The notes beneath the pieces were generated by a model. That model made no database searches and was not told where the DNA came from. It saw nothing but the letters and a program-made list of their open reading frames with translations. Of a stretch of 64,000 nt of DNA, positions 12,471-22,971 are shown piece after piece. The position numbers and the translations under genes were made by a program. Where the stretch lies: the NCBI GenBank assembly GCA_053919585.1, contig CM132810.1. One strand, given 5' to 3'. The DNA comes from Euprymna scolopes. Lineage: Eukaryota. The first letter of the stretch is position 1. Each line of letters opens with the position of its first letter.

Positions 12471-12731
12471 CTAGACAGGCAACTACCTCAAGCCAGGATT
12501 GAAACCTGACCGCCTGTACAACAGTCAAGGCTCCTAACAATTATGCTAATCGGCAGCTGCTGTGCGAGTCGTGAATTAACGATGTTTTGACATCGTCCGA
12601 AATACCTCAATAAGCTCAATTTGTTTACACAAAGAGCATCGCTTTATATGCTAATGGTAATTCATGTATCACTTCTCAATATGCTCAACTCAAGATAAGG
12701 AGCCACATACAGTACTGTTTCACATCCACAT

Positions 12732-12775
12732 CCACATACAGTACTGTTTCGCTCTTTCACAGCTCATCAGTGCGG
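12732..12775 (-). ncRNA. Type I hammerhead ribozyme with intact core
   Basis: Minus strand reads CCGCA CUGAUGA GCUG UGAAA GAGC GAAA CAGUACUG UA^UGUGG. Stems I, II and III pair and the core nucleotides are canonical. Confidence 0.8.
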
Positions 12776-14310
12776 CTAGACAGGCAACTACCTCAAGCCA
12801 GGATTGAAACCCGACCACCGGTATATAAAAGTTTGACTCATGTCCAGGTAACCTACATCTAAAATTTCAAGTGCTTAGACCCAAAATTGGCGGAGGATTT
12901 TCGTAGAGTCTGCAAAGGTCAACTCTTTCAACTTTGACATCTTGGCAGCTAATTTTCGCCCAAAAAACTAATTAAAAAGCTTGCTGCATGTCTGAATACC
13001 CTTCATGTAAAATTTCAAATGTTTAGACCTAAATATTGCTGAATAGTTTGCTAGAGACAGCAAAGGTCAAATCTTTTGAACTTTGATTAAAAAGCTTGCC
13101 TTACGTCTGAATACACTTTATGTAAAATTTCAAATGTTTAGATCAAAAATTGGCTGAGAAATCAATTTTTTTAAAACGTTGACCCCAATTTCGACTCCTT
13201 AACATTTATTGTTTTGGGCTCAAATCAAATTAAAAAGTTTGATCCATGTCCAAGGAATCTACATCTAAAATTTCAAGTGTTTAGACCCAAAATTGGCAAA
13301 GGAGTTTGGTAGAGTTTTCAAAGGTCAAATCGTTGAATTTTGACCTCTTAACAACTAAATTTCTGGCCACAACCCAATTAAAAAGGTTTTCCCAAATCTC
13401 AATACCCCTTATGTCAAATCTAGAGTCCGTAGACAGAAAATTGACAGAGTAACTTGATAGAGAAATGTACACATCCAGGCCGACACACAGACAATTTCGC
13501 TTTTATAGATATACTAGCATGGGTTCCCGGCGTTGCCCGGGTATTTGGAGGTGTATGTTGAGCAAAAAAAAAAAGAAAAAAAAAGCAATCAGTTTTTTTA
13601 ACTTTAACCCCTATTATGACCCTGCAAAATTTATTGTTTTGAGCTTAAATCGAGTTATTAAATTAGATCCATGTCCAAGGAACCTATATCTAAAATTTAA
13701 AGTATTTAGACACAAAATTGTCGGAAGTGTTTGTAGAGTTCTCAAAGGTCAAATCGTTGAACTTTGACCCTTTAACAGGCAAATTTCTGGCCGAAAACCG
13801 ATCACATCGATTTTCCCAAATCTCAGTACCCTGTATATAAAAATTTCGAGTCTGTAGACTTAAAATTGAAAGAATTATTGCGTAGGGAAATGTATGCAGA
13901 CAGACACACACACAGACACACAGACAGATTCACTTTTATAGATATACTAGCATGGGTGCCCGGCATTGCCGAGGTGTTTGGAGGTGTATGCTGAGCAAAA
14001 AAAAAAAACGGTCAATTTTTGAAAATTTGACCCCTATTATGACGCCTTAAAATTTATTGTTTTAGGCTCAAATCCAGTTATTAAGTTAGATCCATGTCCA
14101 AGGAACCTATATCTAAAATTTCTAGTGTTTAGACCCAAAATTGTCGGAGGAGTTTGGTAGAGTTCTCAAAGTTCAAATTATCGAACTTTGACCCCTAAAT
14201 AGCTAAATTTCTGTCTGAAAACCGATCACATAGATCTTCCCAAATCTCAGTACCCTGTATATCAAATTTCGAGTAGACTAAAAATTGACAGAGTTATTGC
14301 GTAGGGAAAT

Positions 14311-14380
<70 letters not shown>

Positions 14381-17079
14381 TTTCACTTTTATAGATATAT
14401 TAGCATTTCAGCCTGGTGTTGCCCGGGTGTTTGGAGGTGTATGTTAAGCAAAAAAAAAACAAACAAAAAACGGTCAATTTTTTAAGATTTGACCCCTATT
14501 ATGACCTCTTAACATTTATTGTTTTGGGCTCAAATCGAGTTATTAAGTTAGATCCATGTCCCAGGAACCTATCTCTAAAATTTCATGTGTTTAGACCCAA
14601 TATTGTCGGAGGAGTTTGGTAGAGTTTTCAAATGTTAAATCGTTGAACTTTGACCCCTTAACAGTCAAATTTCTGGCCGAAAACAGATTACAAAGATTTT
14701 CCCAAATCTCAGTACGTTCGACCTTCACCTGGCAAATTTCATTTTTTTTAATTTTCACACTTTTGCACCGATTTTTCCGGGCTAAAACCCAAATATGAAG
14801 TTTTGCATGGATTCACATACCTTATATATGAAGTTTCATGTCTGTAGACATAAAACTCTAGGAGGAGTTTAGTAGGCAAAATTTGTTAAACAAAAATATA
14901 TATGTATACATAAATATATATGGAAACAATTTTGTGTTTAATATAAACTTTTTACGTAAATATTAATGCAAGTATACATCATGTAGAATATCTGCATGAA
15001 TATAATTACACGTAATAGTAAACTAAAGATGATTATCCCATTAGAAAACCGAAGCAACTAATACGGAATTAATTAAAATGTATGTTTAAAAGAATATGCA
15101 AATTAGCTAGATCTTTTGCTAGTGAATGCAATTCCACAACCCATGTATAAGAAAATTGTATTTTCTTTTTAATAAATAGAAAAGAGGGTTTTTAATATGA
15201 ATATCAATAAACACAAAAGAGAAACGAATTTATAGGAGTATAGATAGATATAGATAGAAGATAGATAGACTAGCATTTCAGCCCAGCGTTGCCCGAGTGT
15301 TTGGATGTGTCTGTTGAGCAAAAAAAAAAAAAGTGGTAGTAGGAAGGCAGGCTTGAACCCGTACTGTGAAGGAGGGAAAGAATGGGGAAAAAAACCTGAC
15401 ATCTATGCTGTTACGACCACCACCAAACCGGAAGTGACATTTTTTAAAATTAAGGCTAGACAATTGAAAGGAGAGGATGACTTTCAAAAATATCAGCGAA
15501 AAAAATCGACCCCCACTGTAGAAAAGGTCTCAGTTGAAGGTGAAGATATTAATGTTTTTAGCCAATTTTTCGATATTTGTCGTCTGAAAGCTAGGACTTT
15601 AAAACGATACTGATCTTGGTAAAATCTGTCACCTTTGTCGAAAGTTTTAGGCAGACATGCAAACATACATACATACATTTATATATTGGTAACTAAAAAT
15701 TTTCGACCCAAGCCGATTAAAAAGCTAGCCCTATCTCTGAATACCCTTTATGTAAAATTTCAAATGTTTAGACCAGAAATTATCTTTAGTAATTTGGTAG
15801 AGACTGCAGAGGTCAATTGTTTTTAACTTTGACCTCTATTATGACCCCTTAAAATTAAGTTATTAAGTTAGATCCATGTCCAATGAAACTATATCTAAAA
15901 TTTCACGTGTTTAGACCCAAAATTGTCGGAGGAGTTTGGTAGAGTTCTTAAAGATCAAATCGTTGAACTTTGACCCCTTTAACAGCCAAATTTCTGGCCG
16001 AAAACGGATTACAAATATTTTCCCAAATCTCAGTACCCTGTATATCAAATTTCGAGTCTGTAGACTGAAAGTTGACGGAGTTATTGTGTAGGGAAATGTA
16101 CACAGACAGACAGACACTTTCACTTTTATAGATATATAGATATATGTACTTCATTTAGATGTACATGTTTATACTATAAACCTAAATTAGATGAATATAA
16201 CAAGTGACATAACTCTGATTATGACTAACAAAAATTATGGCCCTTCGCATTGTTTAACAATCGCTGACATAACTAATACAACTTTATACGTTACTAGAAT
16301 TACAGGCCGGTGTTGCCCGGGTGTTTGGAGGTGTATGCTGAGCAAAAAAAAACAAACAAAAAAAACAGTCAATTTTTTTAACTTTTACCCTTATTATGAC
16401 CCCTTAAAATTTATTGTTTTGGGCTTAAATCAATTTATTAAGTTAGATCCATGTCCAAAGAAACTATATCTAAAATTTAACGTGTTTAGACCCAAAATTG
16501 TTGGAGGAATTTGGTAGAGTTCTCAAAGGTCAAATCGTTGAACTTTGACTCCTTAACAGTCAAATTTCTGGCCGAAAACCGATCACATCGATTTTCCCAA
16601 ATCTCAGTACCCTGTATATCAAATTTCGAGTCTGTAGACTAAAAATTGACAGAATTATTGCATAGGAAAATGTACACAGACAGACAGACACTCAGATACA
16701 CAGACAGACACACAGACACGTTCACTTTTACAAGATATATAGATAGATAGATAGACTAATAGATTAAACAAAAATATATACGTATGCATAAATATATACG
16801 GAAACAATTTTTTGTTTACTGTAAAGATTTTACGCAAATATTATGCAAGTATAAATCATGTAGAATATCTGCATGAATATAATTACATGTAATAGTTAAC
16901 TCTAGATGATCATCCCATAATAAAAGCGAAAAAACTACTAGGGAATTAATTAAAATGAATGTTTAAAAGAATATGCAAATTAGCTACATCTTTTGCAGAC
17001 GAATTCAATTCCATTATCCATATATAAGAAAATTGTATTTTCTTTTTAAATAAATAGAAAAGAGGCTTGCCTTTTTTCT

Positions 17080-17122
17080 GTTGTTCTTGGCTTCGGGCCG
17101 GATCAAAGTGTAGTATCTGTTC
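17080..17122 (+). pseudogene. U2: U2 snRNA 5' fragment (divergent stem I plus branch-point recognition sequence)
   Basis: GATCAAAGTGTAGTATCTGTTC (17101-17122) matches the invertebrate-type U2 branch-site-pairing region. Upstream TTCTTGGCTTCGGGCCG resembles stem I. Confidence 0.8.
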
Positions 17123-17379
17123 CGGCAGATGCTGCACTTAAGATAATTTGTACCAGTCAATGGAGGGGAAACCCTCTATACTGGGACAATTATTATTTTT
17201 GGTAACCAGAGTGCCCCCTTTTTGCCTACTTTTAGGGGAGCTGGTTTTTACCTCACATTAAAAACGGCCTTGTGCCTAATTTGCTCAGTGGGGGAGCAAA
17301 TAAATACCATCTGTTCTGCAGATGCTGCACTTGAGATAATTTGTACCAGTCAATGGAGGGGAAACCCTCTATACTGGGA

Positions 17380-17608
17380 ACCGCCTGGGTAATACCTAGG
17401 AGGTCCACCCTCCCAGGCCTTGCCACCGGGCTTTCCGGTGGGGCAAGTTTATTGCTTGCTGCCTGAGGCGCCCCGACCGGGGAATGCCGACGGGGTTACT
17501 CAGGCAATTTTTAAAATTGCAGGAGTGCCCCTCCTTTAGGGGAGCCTGCGGGGTTCCCACTTTCCGGCCTTGTGCCACATAATGCTGATGTGGGCAGCAT
17601 TTAAATAA
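17380..17608 (+). mobile_element. 229-bp GC-rich structured retroposon nested in unit 2, with 18-bp TSD
   Basis: TSD AAACCCTCTATACTGGGA at 17362-17379 and 17609-17626, with an AAATAA tail. Shares GAGTGCCCC, AGGGGAGC and CGGCCTTGTGCC with the host units. Confidence 0.85.
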
Positions 17609-19449
17609 AAACCCTCTATACTGGGACAATTATTAATTTTGGTAACCAGAGTGCCCCCTTTTTGCCTACTTTTAGGGGAGCTGGTTTTTACCTCACATTA
17701 AAAACGGCCTTGTGCCTAATTTGCTCAGTGGGGGAGCAAATAAATACCATCTGTTCTGCAGATGCTGCACTTGAGATAATTTGTACCAGTTAATGGAGGA
17801 GAACCCTCTATACTGGGATAATTATTATCTTTGGTAACCAGAGTGCCCGCTTTTTTCCTACTTTTAGGGGAGCTGGTTTTTATCCCACACTAAAAACGGC
17901 CTTGTACCTAATTTGCTTTGGTGGGGAAGCAAATAAATACATTAAATAAATAGAAAAGAGGGTTTTTAATATGAATATCAATACACACAAAAGAAAAACG
18001 AATTTATAGGAGTATAGATAGATATTGACTTACCTTTCTCATATAAAGACGTATTTCCTTCTATATTAATTGATAAAAAATATGTTCTTCAATATATTAC
18101 AGAATATTAGTAAAACAATAAAAAAATATTTTTGCATTTTAACATGAATAATAATATTTCAGGGAAGAAAAATAATTTCGTTTTTATTTTCTTAGTGTAT
18201 ATTTTGAAAAGAAAAATTTCAATGTGTTCATTCTCCTGACAGAAGAGTTAGAAATGTAAATAAAACATCAACAGACAAAGATCTAAAAATAAAGACAAAA
18301 ATTCACATTTGAAGAAAGAAAAAAATGTCATGAAATTTGGGTTGGTTGCACATATTTTTCTCTATCAAAGAAACATATGCACGTAGACTTTAATTTCTTT
18401 TTTTTTTTTAACAGTTGCAACGGATAGCATGGATTATGTATAAACAATTGAACTGAATTGCATTTACAAAAATGAAACTTGTCAGCATTAGAGAGAACTA
18501 CCTAATAATATTGACATCCGGTTTGAACTAATGTAAATGTTGATTATTATCCATGGAAAATACTTGGAAATTTTTAAATAAAATATAAAAAATCTATTTG
18601 TAATGATTGAATTAATAAATACAAGATTAGCCACATGTCTCGTCGAAGATAATTGCTCAACTAAAATCATAAAAAATGCTGACAGTTTTTTTCTGTTCCT
18701 TTAAAACTAAGTCAGCACGTTTAGATTCTGAACATCCTTGGATAATCCATCTGTTGTAATGGTATACATTTCTTTTTCAATGCGAGCTTGTAGATTAGGT
18801 AAATAGATAGACTTGGTATAATGATAAACATGAACCTTTAGGTAACCTCAGAGCCTATAGTATAGGGGAATTGAGGTCATCTGAACATTTAATTTCTTCT
18901 GATGATAAGTGACTCCTTTGAGGAAGCCCCCTAACTAAATATGCTGAATTGGAAGATGGGAGAAATGTCAAACATTTATTATGACTTTAACATAAACAAC
19001 TATTGTTTCCGATTATAAAATCAATAAAAGTTTACTTATTTCGGTTTTCATATTCATATGTAGTTAAGTAGACATGTATTTACTATTTGAATCATTATAA
19101 ATAAGAAACTTTTGAAACATACACACTATCAGAAAATCAAATTGCAACAATTTAAAGGAGAACAATGTTGCTTTGCACCTAGCAAATTCATATATATTCA
19201 TATCTGCACGTTTGGCAGAAGGAGGAGGAGGAGGAGGAGGAGAATATTCTTTGAACATTTAATGGAGAACCTCATCCTAATGTATCGGATCACAGGCTGT
19301 TCAATTCAGGAGAATTGTGCTGCATGAGACACATAGATGCAACTTTAATATGAGCAACAGAGCATTCGATTAAACATCCATCATACATATTTGCAACATT
19401 TACAATTTGGATGACTTTAAGAAATTGATTTCCAAAGTAACCTATTCCT

Positions 19450-20260
19450 GATCAGCTCTATATTTCTCTTTTCATCAGGTCCATTTTTATCATTTCTTTG
19501 CATGTTTCCCTTCCCCTGTGATCTCAACCAGGTATTCTATATTTATTATATTATTTATTTATATTAACCCAAGAACTCTCATCCATTCTTTCAATGTGGC
19601 CATACCATCAAAGTCTACTTATTTGCACACATCTCAGAACAAAGGTTGTCTTTAAAATTCAGATTACACATCCATTGTATCATTCTCATATCATTTCCAT
19701 CACATTTCACGTCCCTACATCATCACACTGATTATGTATGCCTGATATACTTTTTTCTTGGACGACAGTGGTAATGCTTTGTTGGTTAGTAATGACCAAA
19801 ATTTCATAAACTTAGTTCATCTACTCTTAACTTGAAATTACAGTAGCACCTGCTCTGCCTTATTCTAAAGTGCTATCAGTCAGGTAATAAAACTCTTTGA
19901 CAACCTCTCGGTAATTCCACTGCATTTCTTGTGTACCCAATCCTTACAGGTACCACAAAACAATTGAATCTCATTTCTTTACAAAAACTGAGAAGGGGAA
20001 CATTATTCTTTTTGGGAACTACAACAAAACTACAACAAAACTACAACAAAACTACAACGACTGATCATCACTTTCGCCTTGGTAACATTCACTTCCAGAC
20101 CTTTACTTTCTTTAATATTCGTTAAAACGAATTAACAAGTAAATCATCTATTATCCATAGACAAGTACTAAATACATACAATATCTCTTCCAGACGATCA
20201 ATACAGAATTCTGTAAACAAGACACAAATGAAAAGCAACGAATTCAGAATTCTGATGTAC
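19450..20260 (-). mobile_element. Highly degenerate RTE-type LINE RT C-terminal fragments
   Basis: Remnants such as KGLEVNVTKAK and V..F.YL. A similar fragment lies at 30650-31050. Confidence 0.5.
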
Positions 20261-20451
20261 TTCTACTTTAACTTTAAATGTTTTGTTAATTTTAATACAA
20301 CAGAGACTTTATACATTCTACACATTGCTTGAACAATCTTGTTGTTGTTGTTGTTTTTGTTGTTGTTTTCTTTGTCTTCTTCTTCTTATTGTATTTATAA
20401 CTCGATAATGGAGATCTAGCTACATAACCATATATTCTATAAATACATTAC

Positions 20452-20780
20452 TCAAATTACTTGGTTAAGTATATTTCATTTTGATCAAGGTAGGGACAAC
20501 ATTATTGTTAGGTTTGCACTCATGCTTGAAATCCATAAAAAGTGAAAGTGGGGTTTTATTTTAATTAATAGCTTAAAATTATGGAAATTACAAAGCAAGA
20601 ATAAAAATGTTAAAGAATTTAGGGATTAGAGCAAGAGTGTTTGGGGTTCCTCATTGATTTTCAGGTGTTCAATAAGCGTGGGGGAAGACTATAAATGAAC
20701 CGAATTTTATTTCAGTTATTATCGTTTTACAGTTCTTACATGTGATCAATGTTGAATATATCTTTGTGTTCCACTTGCCT
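20452..20780. repeat. Interspersed ~330-bp repeat (second copy at ~27497-27825)
   Basis: Both copies begin TCAAATTACTTGGTTAAGTATATTTCATTTT and stay colinear to CTTTGTG. Confidence 0.8.
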
Positions 20781-21850
20781 TTAATTTATGCAAAGCCAAC
20801 CAGGTAACTTGTTTTGCCTGCCAAAAGCTTTCTTCAGGTTCACAAAGGCAAAATACAGGGTTTTTTTTTCATACAAAAATATGCTTTGCATTTGTTTGGT
20901 ACTTTGCCCAAGTATAAAACCAAATTGCATTTGATATATACTTACATTACTTCTTATTTGCTGCTCAGTTATTCTCTTAATTACTTTCAAGACTTGATCC
21001 ATCAATTACAAACCTACGTAATTATCTCATATATAGCATAACCACGCTGACACACTGTTTCCCATTAGATCACCAAAATCTAGCAATATTGAGCCTCATC
21101 AGTAGTAAAATGGGTGACTATTTGAAAATACCAGATGCTGTATGTGTTTTCTGCTTATCTTTGTTTTCAGTCATCGTGGATTGTTCCTTACCACTAGAAT
21201 CAAGTAGTGCCATCTTAGGAGAGGTGTGGATAAGGATTAAGCAACCCTTGCTTCACAATTACACTTGCAGCCACCGTTACAAGGGGTATCTATTTACTAA
21301 ACAGAGATCATACATGTAATTACCTCTATCGAGTGTTTCCTATAATCCTTGAAACAACTCAAAATTGTACTAAGTTCCCAGTTTTTTTGTGGGGTGGGGG
21401 ATAACATCTTTTTTGATTTAAGTCTATGATCATCTCATTGTCTGTTTCCCTAACAGCCTCCAACATTTCTCCAACATTTCTGCAACAATGCCTGAGGGCC
21501 TTGCAGCCTTACCCTTCTTCATCTTACAGCTTCTCATACTATTTCTTTCTCAATTCTTACAGTTATACCAAATACTGATTCTTACTAGCACCTATGCTTT
21601 TGCCTTTGATATACTTTTCAACTTCCTCATTGAACCATCATGTCACCTGATGCCTTGAGGAACTTTCTGTCCACCCATAACTATAGTATGTTACATCTAA
21701 AAATCTATCTCTCAGCATCTTCCACTGTTCTACTACATCTATTGTAGTGGGTCGGATAGATGAACGCTCCATCATTTGGTCTTTAAACTCACATTTCACA
21801 TGTTCTTCATTCAATCTCTACACCTTTCTCTTCATAATAAACTTTCTATT
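20780..21850 (-). mobile_element. Degenerate RTE-type LINE RT fragment interrupted by a SINE3
   Basis: ORF 20781..21005 has QMQFGFILGQST...LYFAFVNLKKAF. MKKGKAARPSG lies near 21500. Confidence 0.7.
21030..21295 (+). mobile_element. 5S rRNA-derived SINE (SINE3-like)
   Basis: The head CATAACCACGCTGACACAC..CCCATTAGATCACCAAAATCTAGCAA...AGTAGTAAAATGGGTGACT..GAAAATACCAGATGCTGTA resembles 5S rRNA. The body is shared with 22320-22588. Confidence 0.7.
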
Positions 21851-21899
21851 TATTCCATATATTATTTTTACCCTTTTTTTTTTAATCAGCAGATATTTG

Positions 21900-22760
21900 A
21901 CTTGCTGTCATATAGAATATCACATGGAAAGATTATGTGATATAGAATATTGCATGGATAGATGTATGGATATCGCATGGATAGAATAGATGTCTTATAG
22001 AATATTGCATGCATGTCTTATAGAATATCACATACATGGATTAGATGTTGTATAGATTATTACCTGGATATATAAGATGTCATAGGATATCAGATGGGTA
22101 GAGTAGATGTCATATAGAATACCACATGGATAGATTAGATATCATTAATAATATCAAATGGATAGATTAGATGTCTCATAGAATATCACATAGACAGAAT
22201 ATCTTATAGAATATTTCATACATAAATTAGATTAGGATATCACATTGATCGATTAAATGTCATATAGAATATCAGATGGATAGATTAGATGATGATGCCT
22301 CCGTTCAGTCTCGAAAGACAAAGGATACCCCTTGTAAGGGTGGCTGCATGTGTAATTGTGTGGCAAGAGTTGCAAAATCTCCAACCCAACCTCTCTTAAA
22401 TCAGCACTGCTTGAGTCCAGTGGCAAGGAAAAGTCCAGAACAACTGGAAACAATGCCGAGATAAGCAGAGAGCACATGCAGCACCTGAAAGTCACAAATA
22501 GTCACCCATCTGGTACTGGCCAGGCTCATCATTGCTTAACTTTGGTGATCTGACGGGAACCGGTGTGCCAAATGTGATGATGCTGTATATAGATTAGATA
22601 CCTTATAGAATATCACATGGATAGAAAAGATATGAATAAACTAAATATCGAATAGAATGTCACATGGAAAGAATAGATGTCTTATAGATTTGATGCCATG
22701 CATAGATTTGATGCCATATAGAAAATCACATGGATAGATTAGATGTTGTATAGAATGTAA
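21900..22760. repeat. Degenerate ~30-bp minisatellite (ATGTCATATAGAATATCACATGGATAGATTAG) interrupted by a SINE3
   Basis: The TAGAATATCACATGGATAG motif recurs throughout. Confidence 0.8.
22320..22588 (-). mobile_element. 5S rRNA-derived SINE (SINE3-like), inverted relative to the 21030 copy
   Basis: GTCACCCATCTGGTACTGGCCAGGCTCATCATTGCTTAACTTTGGTGATCTGACGGGAACCGGTG is reverse-complement 5S-like sequence. Confidence 0.75.
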
Positions 22761-22906
22761 TGCTCTCCCAAATCACATTCTAAGTTCATTTGTTGACATA
22801 TACACAGATGACACTGCTTTTTCTGAACGTTTTTTATGCACGTGACCTTTTGTTGGAATTACTTAATTTTCTTATTTTTACTTTTGAGAAATGGGGTGGT
22901 ACAAAT

Positions 22907-22971
<65 letters not shown>

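Larger units (their letters stand above)
12421..12825 (-). mobile_element. Tandem (about 1.3 copies) tRNA-like plus type I hammerhead repeat, non-LTR retrozyme-like
   Basis: Two hammerhead motifs (12732-12775 and 12427-12470) plus a half motif (12703-12721) bracket a ~276-305-nt monomer. The monomer contains a tRNA-like A/B-box module and ends in a (TA)n tract. Confidence 0.8.
17066..17941 (+). mobile_element. Retroposed composite: U2 snRNA-like head plus 3 tandem ~193-nt structured units, with 20-bp TSD
   Basis: TSD TTAAATAAATAGAAAAGAGG at 17046-17065 and 17942-17961. Empty-site versions of the host repeat lie at ~15170 and ~54450. Units start at 17115, 17309 and 17749. Confidence 0.85.
12299..18020 (-). 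mobile_element. Head-to-tail array of non-autonomous Helitrons, with the retrozyme and the U2-headed element nested inside
   Basis: Minus-strand 3' ends of the type CCCGGGCAACGCCGGG hairpin plus ~8 nt plus CTAG lie near 12300, 13514, 13947, 14400, 15270 and 16294. The 5' ends read TCTATAAAAG or TCTATACTCC. Junctions read CTAG-TATA-TC. Confidence 0.8.

Noticed and set aside
12484-12554. Functional tRNA-Asn gene
   Set aside because: Acceptor and anticodon stems are imperfect, there is no terminator, and it is embedded in a repeat.
13281-16837. Recurrent 60-108-aa ORFs (e.g. DPYYDP..IKLDPCPRNL) as a tandem gene family
   Set aside because: They come from non-coding Helitron units. Frames and stops differ between copies and run through poly-A tracts.
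17080-17300. Functional canonical U2 snRNA gene
   Set aside because: Only ~22 nt match exactly, stem IIa and stem-loop IV are missing, and the insert is TSD-flanked with no promoter context.
17115-17941. CRISPR-like or plain satellite reading of the tandem units
   Set aside because: This is a eukaryotic intron with no unique spacers or cas genes. TSDs and A-rich tails indicate retroposition.
21030-21150. 5S rRNA gene
   Set aside because: It is heavily diverged and fused to a shared SINE body.
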